A stretch of DNA of 63,904 bases, the filler included, from Phoronis australis (taxonomy: Eukaryota; Animalia; Phoronida), in the NCBI GenBank assembly GCA_002633005.1. It is 6 parts of 6 records of this genome, joined end to end, with 100 filler letters (N's around TTAATTAATTAA, not from the genome) between each part and the next. Parts side by side here need not be neighbours in the genome. Positions count along the whole stretch, not along the records: positions 1 to 29,758 come from NMRA01000980.1; positions 29,859 to 38,789 come from NMRA01001571.1; positions 38,890 to 50,808 come from NMRA01000358.1; 3 more parts are not named here. One strand, 5' to 3'. Made by a program: the position numbers and the translations under genes. The notes under the pieces are model-generated. The model ran no database searches, had not been told where the DNA came from, and saw only the letters and a list, made by a program, of their open reading frames with translations. Positions 27,797 through 39,044 of the stretch are shown piece by piece; positions within the stretch are counted from its first letter, which is position 1; each line of letters opens with the position of its first letter.

Positions 27797-29503
27797 TTAC
27801 GTTAGTGAATTCTATCCTGGCTTCCGTAACCGATTGACATGCGCATTCTACATACTTAGAAATGTCGTCTGTAGCGCGAAAGCGAAGCACAAAGACTAAG
27901 GATTGTTTTAAAAACCAAGAGCTGTTTCAGATACTGACTTTGACTCAGATGCAGATACGACAGATAATCCAGGGCCGGACGCTGGTGATATTGCCGGGCT
28001 CGGCCAACGAATCGCAAATATCCGTGTCACGAACGGTGAACCGAATTTTTGCCGACAACGTCAGACATCAGCAAAACAAATGAATACAATTCGATCTAAC
28101 TTGAGAATAGATGGTTTTCATCTGGAAGAATGAGTTTGTGACAATCCTGAAAATTATGGGAATTCCATAGTTGCAAGCGTTTGAAAATTCAATTGATATC
28201 TTTTTAGAGTAATTGGTGGTCATCAACAGGCCTAACACTCCCGTCCAATTAGATGGAAAACGCACGTGAATTGTTTTGTTTACCCTACCAATTTGCATTC
28301 ATAAGGGAGGACTCGCATATTGTGCAGTTTTTACAAGAGTTCTGGTAGTGCAGAGGTTCAATATGTTGTCCAGCTTCAGAACATAGAATTCAGTCTATAA
28401 GAATGCTGTGCAAGACATTACACTTACAGACTGAGGGAAAACGTAGACTCTTTGTTATCAAGACATAAAAATGTGACTGACTTTACAAAGACACTTCACT
28501 TGGACTGTCTACTTCATAGGAAAAGTTTACTTTTGTGTCAGTCTTTTTGTACTTAGTTGACATTGATATCACAATTATTGAGTAGCCTAAAACATTTCTC
28601 CTTACTGTATCAAACACGTCTGTAGACTTCCATTTCAAAGTCATTGACTAAGCAAATGGGTTATGACATATGTGATATGTTTGTAAATAAGTCTAACTTT
28701 TAAAAATAAAAAGTTGAATAAACATAGTTATTTGTTTGCACTACTGTGCATTACTATTAAAATGCGTGGGTAAAAATGAGGTGCACAAAAAACTCCACAC
28801 TAACTTATGGAGAACGTTGACCGCCGCGCGGTTCCGGCACGTTGCAGTTCTTACATGTGCGACCTGTTTAGGTTTTCAGATGGGGCGAACACTTGCTTCC
28901 TGAGTTGAAAAAAGCCAGCAGTGTGAGCTCACTGCTCTATTCAGCTAAGTACCTCCTTCATTAACTGGGCTGCCAAGTAATCAAACTTGTAAGGTTCTGA
29001 TTGACAGTGGGCGTCCAAATATACATTGGGCGTCCTTGCCAAGGTGGCCAGATTAGCATTAGGGTGTCCATTTGGACGCCCAGGACGTATGCTGCATAAA
29101 GGCCTAGGTCAAAGGGCTCTAGAACCTCTTTTCCCATTGATTTTAGTGATATCAAATCTAGAATTTTCAAATTGCTGACTTGGATCCCCTCAATTTAAAA
29201 AAACTTAATCTGGCCCTCTCTTTTACAAAATCATCTACCATGTTAAGCTTCAAAACCGTTTCATCTTGATTTAAAGTCATTCTCTGCCAAACTACACGTG
29301 GCACTGGTAGGATATCGCACTCCCTAATATACAGAACCAGTTTCCTCCATTAAATAACATTATTAACGTTATTAAGTGATAACCTGGTTCTCTAAATCAG
29401 GGTTAACTATACCCAGTCACAAATAACTACTCTTCTTATTTTTGAGAATGGCAGTTTTCAAAGAAATTTGGAATGTGTTATTACACAGTTGTTTAAAAAC
29501 ATA

Positions 29504-29758
29504 CGTTTACATTATAGTGCTCAGTAATTATCCTCCGTTTACATTATAGTGCTCAGTAATTATCCTCCGTTTACATTATAGTGCTCAGTAATTATCCTCC
29601 GTTTACATTATAGTGCTCAGTAATTATCCTCCGTTTACATTATAGTGCTCAGTAATTATCCTCCGTTTACATTATAGAGCTCAGTAATTATCCTCCGTTT
29701 ACATTATAGAGCTCAGTAATTATCCTCCGTTTACATTATAGAGCTCAGTAATTATCCT
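29504..29758. repeat. 32-bp minisatellite (CGTTTACATTATAG(T/A)GCTCAGTAATTATCCTC)n running to the contig end
   Basis: About 8 near-identical units with no spacers. Confidence 0.95.
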
Positions 29759-29858
29759 NNNNNNNNNNNNNNNNNNNNNNNNNNNNNNNNNNNNNNNNNN
29801 NNTTAATTAATTAANNNNNNNNNNNNNNNNNNNNNNNNNNNNNNNNNNNNNNNNNNNN
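29759..29858. other. Artificial contig linker N44-TTAATTAATTAA-N44
   Basis: The identical 100-nt linker occurs five times. Its core has stop codons in all six frames. Confidence 0.98.
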
Positions 29859-29900
29859 GCACTTCTGTTTTCGTGTAATAACTGAGTGTACTTCAAAGTA

Positions 29901-31533
29901 CTGTATTCGCCCTAATAAGTGCCCTTGCCCCTATAAGCACCCCCACGCATTTTCAGACTGCTAAAATAAGCGCCCAGCCCATGAACGCGTGTATACATGC
30001 GAAAATGCCATACCTACAGTTCTAAACTTCTACAGTAACATCTTCAATTTATCAATAATATCCGACAGTCCTGAAAAAAAACCATTGTGCACAGAATTTG
30101 TATACCGCGAGCCTCGCCGCTGTGTCGGTATTCAGCCGTGACTATACACTTCAAACTTAAGGAGTGCTTCAAAACAAGCACAACAGTTTTGCTGATCTTG
30201 CAAGGAATGTGTCCCACTATGGTCAGCCCTTTCAGAACAGACGCTGCGTACTTATCAACGGAAATGCATTACATCTTTCCCATACAGATCTTCTCCCTCA
30301 ACAGGAATCAGGATTTCTTTGTATTCGTGAAAACCGCGAATCGTAGGCTAATAACAAAAAAATTGACCAGTGTTAAACGCATGTGGCCAGGAAGCGCGCG
30401 CTCCATACATGTAAGCCTGCTACTGGGGCAAGTGAACTCTGATAACACGCACGCGCTCGCTCACTGGGCACACACTTGCAGACAAGCTTCAAAACAAACG
30501 TCACATGACAACAACATGTGTGTTCGTCGCTGTTTGTCCATATTTTCGTGTTGCGGGGTGTGATCTAGCGCAGATTTGGAATTAATCTGCGGTTAATCCC
30601 GACTCCACAGGAACTTAAAAACTTAGGGACACTATTTGGAAAACTTTGAAAGGATTTCAGGTAATTTGTTGAGTCGAAACTGTATTTTTATTCAACAGGG
30701 CTTGGAATTTTCCGCGGAAACGCGGATTTCCGCTTTTTTCAAATGTGCTTTCCGCTTTTTTTTATATTTCCACGTAAAAAAATCGGATTTGATTTAAAAT
30801 TTCCGCGGCAAATTCCTTTCTTACCGCGGCGTTGCAGACGACGTTCACTTCGAAAAGCGGAAGTTGCTCTTTATGTTCGGAGGAACGTAAATTGTCAACA
30901 TTGCCGGGGCATCTGGGACAGCGTGGNCCATACATGTAAGCCTGCTACTGGGGCAAGTGAACTCTGATAACACGCACGCGCTCGCTCACTGGGCACACAC
31001 TTGAAGACAAGCTTCAAAACAAACGTCACATGACAACAACATGTGTGTTCGTCGCTGTTTGTCCATATTTTTCGTGTTGCGGGGTGTGATCTAGCGCAGA
31101 TTTGGAATTAATCTGCGGTTAATCCCGACTCCACAGGAACTTAAAAACTTAGGGACACTATTTGGAAAACTTAGAAAGAATTTCAGGTAATTTGTTGAGT
31201 CGAAACTGTATTTTTATTCAAGAATTCAAGTTGCCTTGTCAACGATCGCGAGGCAGCGATGCATCAGTCGGTGTGAGTTTTCGCCCAGGGATTTCTGTAC
31301 AATTTTCTGAAAAAGGATCCAATTTAACAATGAAGTTTGATAGCAATGCACCACATTTTTGTGGAAAGTCTATCATATGTTACAGATACGTCGCAGAGCA
31401 TAAATTTGATGAATCCTAGCTTCCAATTTCACCTGTTTCAGAGACTGGGTTTCAACCGCTTTAGGGTACAATAAGCATCCCCCCTGAGAGAATTTATTCT
31501 AAGCTCCCAGGGTGCATATTAGGGCGAATACGG
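29901..31533. mobile_element. Non-autonomous Tc2/pogo-like DNA transposon (length inflated by an allelic duplication)
   Basis: TA|CTGTATTCGCCCTAATA ... TATTAGGGCGAATACGG|TA: TIRs with a TA target duplication. Same family as 2264-3692. Confidence 0.8.
30696..30926 (+). mobile_element. Left part of a CAGGGCTTGGAAT-family MITE, cut at the N
   Basis: Near-identical to the first ~230 bp of 44924-45426. Confidence 0.85.
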
Positions 31534-31636
31534 TAATCGATTAAATGTTATGAGAAAATATTTTTGTCGGTTTTCATCACGGCCTTTATGAAATTGTGGA
31601 TTTTCCAAGATACCTGCTTATTACCATCTATTACAG

Positions 31637-34600
31637 CACTAAGGAGCGTGTTGAATCAAAGAAACATGATCTGTCCAAGTGGAAGTACGCTGAACTGAGA
31701 GACACCATCAACACGTCTTGTGGTAAGTGTAGTCTCTGTCAGGTTTATATCACAACGGTGATTATTGTGAAAGTGGCGACAGGGTCAAGGGGGTGGCGGC
31801 TTGCTGGTGTCTGCTGACTGCTCTGACGTACAATACCTGATTTGAGTTGTTAACCACCCCCTCCCAGCTTTGAACTTGCCCAGTCACCATTGGATGGAAT
31901 TTACTGGTCTCTTTCAGCAGGATGATGTTATGTTTTAGGCTTATTCTTCAGTTTACTTATTAAAGTGAGCCATAACTTTCTTTTGACTTGACAGTGCCAC
32001 CGTTATCCTTGGTAACACGCAGAATGAAGAAGTTAGCTTGTTTGAGAACTGACTTGGCATCTCTTTCTAGCCTGGATGCAACTAAGTACTTGTCACAGTG
32101 CTCTATTCACTGTGCTTGAAGTTGTTTTATTGCCTATCAAAATTTTCCTTTGCTTCGCTGACGAGCAGTACATGAAATGACTTACGCATATGTTCATTAT
32201 AGCAACACTCAAGAAACTGGTCCAGTTTAAACAATTGTAAATTGTGTGCAGTGATTGTGCTTTAAGTGATATTACATTGCCCTTCACTAAGACCATGCTT
32301 CATTCTGTGTGAACTGGAGATTACAAATCTTCCTATTAGCAGAGCTTAATTTTTGCACTTAGTGTAAAACTTATTAGCTTCCCAACTACCTGCTATCTTT
32401 GTAGGGAAATCTGTGAATGGGTCAATTGGATATGCTTGACAAAGGAAGTTCATCATACTATTTGTCTGGCATACATGTTACTAGAACTCTTCTATTGTAT
32501 GTTATAGTGCAAGGGTCAGTTGGAATGCACCAGTACTGCCAAACTTTCAAATATTCATTTTTAGCTTGAATATATAGGTTAACTGCAACAATAAGCACAT
32601 ATTCAGTGTTGGAAAATAGGCATAGTTTGAGAGAAACAAGGAAGTTTGTGGCGAGAATTTTCAAGGTTGATTGTTCAGTTGTGATTACGATTGTGATTCT
32701 GTGATTTTATTTGTCTACATTTAGTATCAGTGTATCTCATTGATGGTTGACTGTGCTCGTTACTGTAAAGTTTTCATATCTTTCATCAATTGCATTTTAT
32801 TAGATGTTGAGCTGTTGGAAGCATGCCGCCAAGAGTTCCACCGTAGACTGAAGGTGTATCATTCTTGGAAGACAAAGAATAAGAAAAACCAGCACCAGAA
32901 GCAGGCAGATGATAAGAGACTTCCCCAAGCGATTGAAGAACACGCTGGCAAACAGACAGGTACTGTGTGTACACAACTGTAATGACTGACCATTCACTGT
33001 AGACAGGTAGTGTGTGTGTTTGTGTGTGTAGATGACTGGCTGACCATTCACTGTAGACAGGTAGTGTGTGTAGACAACTGTCATGGCTGACTATTCACAA
33101 TAGATAGGTAGATGTCATGACTGACCATTGATTGTAGACAGGTAGTGTGTGTGTAGATGACTGTGTGACCATTCACAGCAAACCAGCATTGTGTGTAGCC
33201 TGGTGTGTAACATACCATCTATTGTTGTCTAATGAAAGAACACTGATTAATGAAAATAGAACATCAAAAACAATGGTCAGATTTCAAAAAAAAATATTTT
33301 ATGTTTGAAGATTGGTCAGGTCCCCTTTCTGTGGATGAGATTGGTGTAAAGATAAGTTATAATTTCTCAATAAGTATGAGCCACTGAAAGGGGTCTTGAA
33401 CAGTCCTGTTGAAGGGATATATCTTTTTACTCAATACCTTAAGTGCAAACGCTGAAGTAGGTAACTTGAGTGCACAGAAAATGTCTCAAACTTGTCTACA
33501 TCATGATGAAACTGACTTTTGTCTCCAAACATATCATTTACGTTGTCGGCAAGTAAAGAAATTGTCAAAAAGCCATGTCACTTTTGACATGGTTGGCCAT
33601 CCCATCCAAATCCTGTCCCAGTCAATGTCAGGTAGCTCTTAAATTCCTGTGGGGTTGAGTATGGCGAGTTGATGGTAGTGTATGGCATTCTGGTGCTATA
33701 GGTAACTGTGGTGTGTGTGAGTATGGCGAGTTGATGCTAGTGTAAGGCAAGATCTGTTGCGTGTGAATAAGCTCATGAGCTTCTGGCGTACACTTGTTGT
33801 ATAAGGCATATTTTCTTACTGCCAGTATCCCGCGTGTGACTAGTTTTACTGATCCTCTGCGTGCTTAAAAGGATACTAAACCAGATTTTGACCTATTAAT
33901 AGATATTGACAAGGACCAGATTCAGATCTCTGAAACAAATTATTATTCCGTTATCTGTATCAACCCTCAAAATTTTGGAGTAAATTTTGAAGACTCCTTA
34001 CAAAGCCCTCTAAGTGAGCAAGTTACATGACAACTGTAGGAAAAACTGCCCACCAATATCTATTCTGTGACACATTGAGTATTTCTTTAAGTTGCTTTTA
34101 CCAGTGGACAGAACCATTGGTCGAAGTCACTAATACAGGGTTTAGTATGCATTTAATATACACCATTCAATCTCTAATGTGCACTTATCTCATCTTGCTG
34201 TTCATAAATTTCAAGGTCCACCCCGAGGTAAGGAACCAACTAAAGATGGTAATGCTGTGCAGCGCTACTTCCGCATCCCATTTGTAAGGCCGGCTGACAC
34301 TCACCGAGAGGGGGTCCCTGAACAGGGAATGTGGTTTGCCCACTTTGATGGTCAATGGATCGCTCGCCAAATGGAGCTTCACCCCAACAAAGTGCCTGTC
34401 CTTTTGTTGGCTGGTATGTTCTTTATAGTTTGTGTGAAAGTTGTTTTCAGCTCTCATACGGTTTAATGACTGCCTTTTCATAAGAAGTGGAGTGAAACAA
34501 CTAAATGTGTTATCTCACATTTTTTTCAGTCACTGAGGATCTGTTTCATGAGAAGTGACAGAAGACTTAATTTTGTCTTGCACTCCCACTTCAAAACCAC

Positions 34601-35505
34601 TTAGTAAAGGTTTAGTCATGTAGTTACTCTTACATCACAGCCTAGAAATAATTTGTACAAATTAAATTATCTCCGTATATAGCAGACTTTGTACTTTTGC
34701 CGAAGTAAAAATTATTTTTTCAGAAATAGTTGCGTGAAACAAAAGACTAAATTTCTTACCTAGATCTCAAGGCACTATTCACAAAACACACCTCAGTACT
34801 GCAGATAAGGTGCACTGCTCGATTCTTGTCCATAAAACTTGATTTACATTATGTTGTTGATCATGCGAATGAATTTGTATGTAGCAAAGACTTACGTATC
34901 ATTGGTAATATTACTGACTGTATTCTCTTTTATCTGTTAACTCGAATCAAGTTACTAATCTTTAAAAAATACAAATCGCAGAATCCCATACTTGATTAGT
35001 CGTTTTTAGTGGAAAACAACCAAATGTCAAAACCTCGAAATGCTTCACCTATCAAATTACATTAAGTACTTTATGGAAAAACCTTGAACCAGTGAATTCT
35101 AGTGAAAATCTAATTCCATGATGAGCCCATGGGACTATTCATTTGTTCCGGAGGATGTAGGTGTTTGAAATCTCCACAGGTGCACCCCCCATAACTGGGC
35201 TAAGTGGAATGATCCAGGCACAGACACGGCCTTGTGGTCATCAGTCTTGCAGTGAGCAAGATATGATGCAGCTGTTTACTAAATGTATTTTGAATTTTTT
35301 TATTGATTGTCTAGGCTGTGATGATATGCAGATGTGTGAGTTGAGCCTAGCCGAGACTGGTCTGACTAATAAACGTGGAGCTGAGATACTACCTGACGAG
35401 TTCCTACGAGAGTGGGACCGCAATGGTGGCGCTAAGTACATGAAGGAGAGAATGAACAGAATGTCGTCCAAGTATCTTCAGAGGAAGTTTGGTCTCATTG
35501 ATTAA
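31637..35505 (+). CDS. MYO6: Unconventional myosin VI, C-terminal cargo-binding domain. Last four exons 31637-31722, 32804-32959, 34216-34413 and 35315-35505 (stop)
   Basis: Hallmark myosin VI sequences [18 protein letters not shown]|[50 protein letters not shown] and [28 protein letters not shown] introns with consistent phase. Confidence 0.97.
32950..33178 (+). repeat. Degenerate ~35-55-bp tandem repeat starting at a myosin VI splice donor
   Basis: Repeated TGAC(C/T)ATTCACTGTAGACAG|GTAGTGTGTG units, with GT at 32960, 33007, 33061, 33108 and 33142. Confidence 0.8.
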
Positions 35506-36952
35506 TGTCGGTCAGAGTTTAGTGCAGTCTGTTGTTTTCCTACAAACATTTTTATGTTGTCACAAAGATGTTCACTTGTGTTCAATGTTTGGTCATGCTT
35601 GCTTATGCGTCTGCACTAGTCTTTTTCCTTGTCGGCCCTTATTCCGCTTGTTTGTTCAGAGTGCAGTTTTGTTGAACCTTGTGCACTCAAATATGGCTTC
35701 TCTCTGAGCTTTCTTAGTTTAAACTCACATTGTCTGGTATCGTCTACTGTCTAACATGTTGTCTTTTTACTGACTGCATTCCTAATGATGTGTAAGGGAA
35801 AAGGTAATTCTTCCAGTTCAGGAGGAATGATGCATTTAATATCAGAATTACGATGAAACTGTGATTTCGATAAGTAATTTATTAGGGGTTTTCGATGCTT
35901 TACTGTGAATTTGAATATTTTTACTGTGCTATATCTATCAACATATGTGATCTGAAGCAATTTTTAGATTTAGACTGATGGTAAATTTGATTTATATTCT
36001 GGAAATATATCATTTTATTGATTCTGTGAAACTGAGGGGTTATTTTTATCATATTTTTTTACTATTTGTTGATGCGAATACATAACTCTGCATTCCAAGT
36101 TCAGTGATGCCATGAACATTTCCTAGACCAACAACAGGTGGCACTAAAGGGTTACTTTCATTCCGACTTCCTTCAATGATCCATTCCATATTTCTTTACA
36201 TATTTTATATGAAACCAATGAACAGTAAAAATATACTATGTTTGTTTAACTACATCAGCTGTTAGTTCCGCACTGTGTTGCATTGCGATAACCTGTTACT
36301 ATGGTGTTCCAATATTTAAAGAAGACATCTGGTCACCATGTTCTTGGCTGATGGCCTGTGGATTGTTGCGGCCAGCTTTATGTCGTGTTGTTATCAAGAA
36401 TAAACAGAATTATGCGTTATACTTTTGACTTGTTTTATTTTTTAGTAAAAAATACTTCATGTTGCCAAGAAGGTACAGGAGTATACCTTGTTCAGGGGGA
36501 TGCAGGGGATAGGGGGCATGTTTTCCTACATTCGCTATCAGGGTAGGATCTCCTCTGCAGTTTTTACTGAAGTGATAAATTTTAAGGACCACACTGTCTT
36601 TAAATATAGTTTAATCTCGTCCTGGCATTGCTCCTCCGATATGGATTTGTAAGTGGTAAAAGCATTTCATTTCAACACTTTTCAATGTGTAATATAATGA
36701 GGCTAGGACCTTTGCATTTAATTAAGGTTTCCGAAAATTAAAAGTGCATTGCAATCGTATCTTTGGCTGTAGCACAGATTATCACAGGTGTTATGCAAGA
36801 ATTGTTTCAATAGTCAGCTGATTTGATTTTGTTGGGTAAGTTCCATTCAAGTTAATTAATTGTTATGCAAGTGTCACGTGCAAACTCTGACCAGGGACTT
36901 TAACCGTCACGAGATGGGCCCATCATACGATGCCGGCTAGAACAGTATTTAA

Positions 36953-38545
36953 AGGAGCATGCCACCCAAAAAACAACCTAATTTGTATCAATTTAGATCG
37001 AATAGTTCTACTCCATTAGGACACGTACGGTTGCGTTACCTGACGGCAGACGGAGGTGTTGAAATTATCCAATGACGTCATCGGGTTCACACGCAGTCTG
37101 TTCAGCAGTTCACAAAATGGGCTACTGGTGTCAGCTTATTGCTTGAAGTAATCGTTCAACACCAATAGACCATCAAACTTCGATGTAAAACCCTTAAAAA
37201 TACACCGAGTTCTTATAAAAACGTGTTGTTTTATTTCGCTCTTACGGATTTGTTGGTATTTGGACACACCGTAGCCTACAAAGTTGGCAGGCCAATAAGG
37301 TACGTAACAGGAGTTTGGGGTCTGTTCGGAGATAATTTCGAAGTATTTTCCATGAGATACAGACAGAAGAACCAAGATCTGTGTTGTTTAGACTTGTGAT
37401 TTTTTGAGTTCTAAACACAAAACGTTTGTTATTCGGCCAGTGGCTTGGAAACTGATCAGACATCACGAACATCAACCAGCCAAAGATCAGTGGAAAGTAA
37501 ACTTCCAGTTAAGAAAATACTATAGTAGTGAGCCAAAGTAATGTGCACGTGATTACGTTGGTGAATTAGCCACGAAACTGCAAATCTACTTACTCGTCGG
37601 GGGCCGCGAATTCAGGTTCCGCTTTGGCCACAGCACCGTCAGGGCAGAAGTTGTACATTGACAATCATCAATGTAAATAAAGATTACCCTAACACCTGGT
37701 CGTGGGATGGAAATCGAGTTGTTTCACAACAGTTTCTGCCGGCAAACACTAAACTAGCATGAGCTCACACGCCCTCGGTGTCCCGTCAATTAGTTTTATT
37801 GCCGCCGGCACCTAAAGCCGGTAACGCAGTGATTTATTTATGGCTGGCTTCTCAAATCATTTGAACTCACGAACACTCCACAGGCATTACAAATTGCACC
37901 TAATGAGACAGACTTTGTTTAAGTTTTATATAAGTATTGGTTAGGGGGAGAATAATTCATTTTGAAACAGAACGCTCTACGTTAATAAACGCCAACATGG
38001 CAACTCGCAAGATCCCGACTTAGGACGAGCTAGAGCTCATCAGTCCCGACTTCGCAGGTGGATCTATTAATTCGAACAGGAATACAGTGATGAAGAAATA
38101 CTAGAGAGGCGCCGTGAACAAGCTCAGACAACGGAACGTATGGAGTTATTTGGTAAGTCGGCATTCGTCAGGCACTGTCGACGTCGGCAGGCCACAGGCA
38201 CGGAGATGTTTCACGGCTTCATACTTGCTATTTACAGCGTACACTTCATTCTTCACTACCATGAGCCACTTCCTAAGCATTTCGGGCTCTCGAGGAAGTA
38301 AAGAAAACGATATACCCCCTTTCCTCGCAGCTGCTTTGTTCGCAGACAAGCGGGAACGAAGCACCGCAACATAGCGGCATTCACTTTGCATATGAACCAT
38401 TGACGTCGCTAGCGTCGTTTCTCACCTTCCTCACAGGTTAACGCGACACCTCTTGGCAAGGTAAGGTCGACCGTATGCGAGGCGATGTGGATATATACTG
38501 ATTAAGACGGCGAAAAAGACTAATTAAATCGAGTGGCATTCTCCT
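36953..38545 (-). mobile_element. Kolobok-like non-autonomous DNA transposon with a degenerate THAP zinc finger
   Basis: TTAA|AGGAGCATGCCAC ... GTGGCATTCTCCT|TTAA (TIR 12/13, TTAA TSD). Minus ORF 38146-38400 contains GISFSLLP...RKWL...RACG, the THAP pattern (SFxxFP...W...CxxHF) with substitutions. Confidence 0.75.
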
Positions 38546-38789
38546 TTAAGGCATTGGCTATCAAGGAGAGTTAGACCAAGACCGAGGCAGACCGAGAACA
38601 AGACCCAGACCAGACCTAGACCGAGACGAAAACCGTGAATCAGACCCAGACCTGATCTCTAGGAGGAGCCAACAGCAAAGACGAGGAAAACCAGATTAGT
38701 GATCAAAAGTGGAATAGAAGAGTCAAGGAATAAAAACTAATTAATACAGGTGTTGGTCTCAGCCTGTTAGTCAGTTTGAACCAGTCTAG

Positions 38790-38889
38790 NNNNNNNNNNN
38801 NNNNNNNNNNNNNNNNNNNNNNNNNNNNNNNNNTTAATTAATTAANNNNNNNNNNNNNNNNNNNNNNNNNNNNNNNNNNNNNNNNNNNN
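38790..38889. other. Artificial contig linker
   Basis: N44-TTAATTAATTAA-N44. Confidence 0.98.
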
Positions 38890-38983
38890 ACTCCTGTCCC
38901 TGACATGCTAAAGCTGAAACAGCCGATTTCATGAAAACGGTTTATTAAAACCAGGTGTAAGACTTAAACCAATGTATACAAAG

Positions 38984-38985
<2 letters not shown>

Positions 38986-39021
<36 letters not shown>
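38986..39021. repeat. (GT)n microsatellite
   Basis: Directly visible. Confidence 0.97.
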
Positions 39022-39024
<3 letters not shown>

Positions 39025-39044
39025 GTGATGTGCCTGTTTTCCAG

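Larger units (their letters stand above)
25041..28893. mobile_element. Outer hAT-like non-autonomous element hosting two nested insertions
   Basis: Ends AGTGTTCTCC ... GGCGAACACT (imperfect TIR). Flanks TTCTTCC / TGCTTCC. Subterminal CG(T/A)CCTGTTTA motifs near both ends. Confidence 0.45.

Noticed and set aside
29803-29814. TTAATTAATTAA palindrome as a regulatory or recombination site
   Set aside because: It always sits at the centre of identical N runs, so it is an artificial linker.
30743-30967. Similar ORFs at 30743, 44973 and 50148 (KFPRQIPFL..RRCRRRS) suggesting a small gene family
   Set aside because: All are readings of the same TIR-bounded MITE, and their starts and stops are inconsistent.
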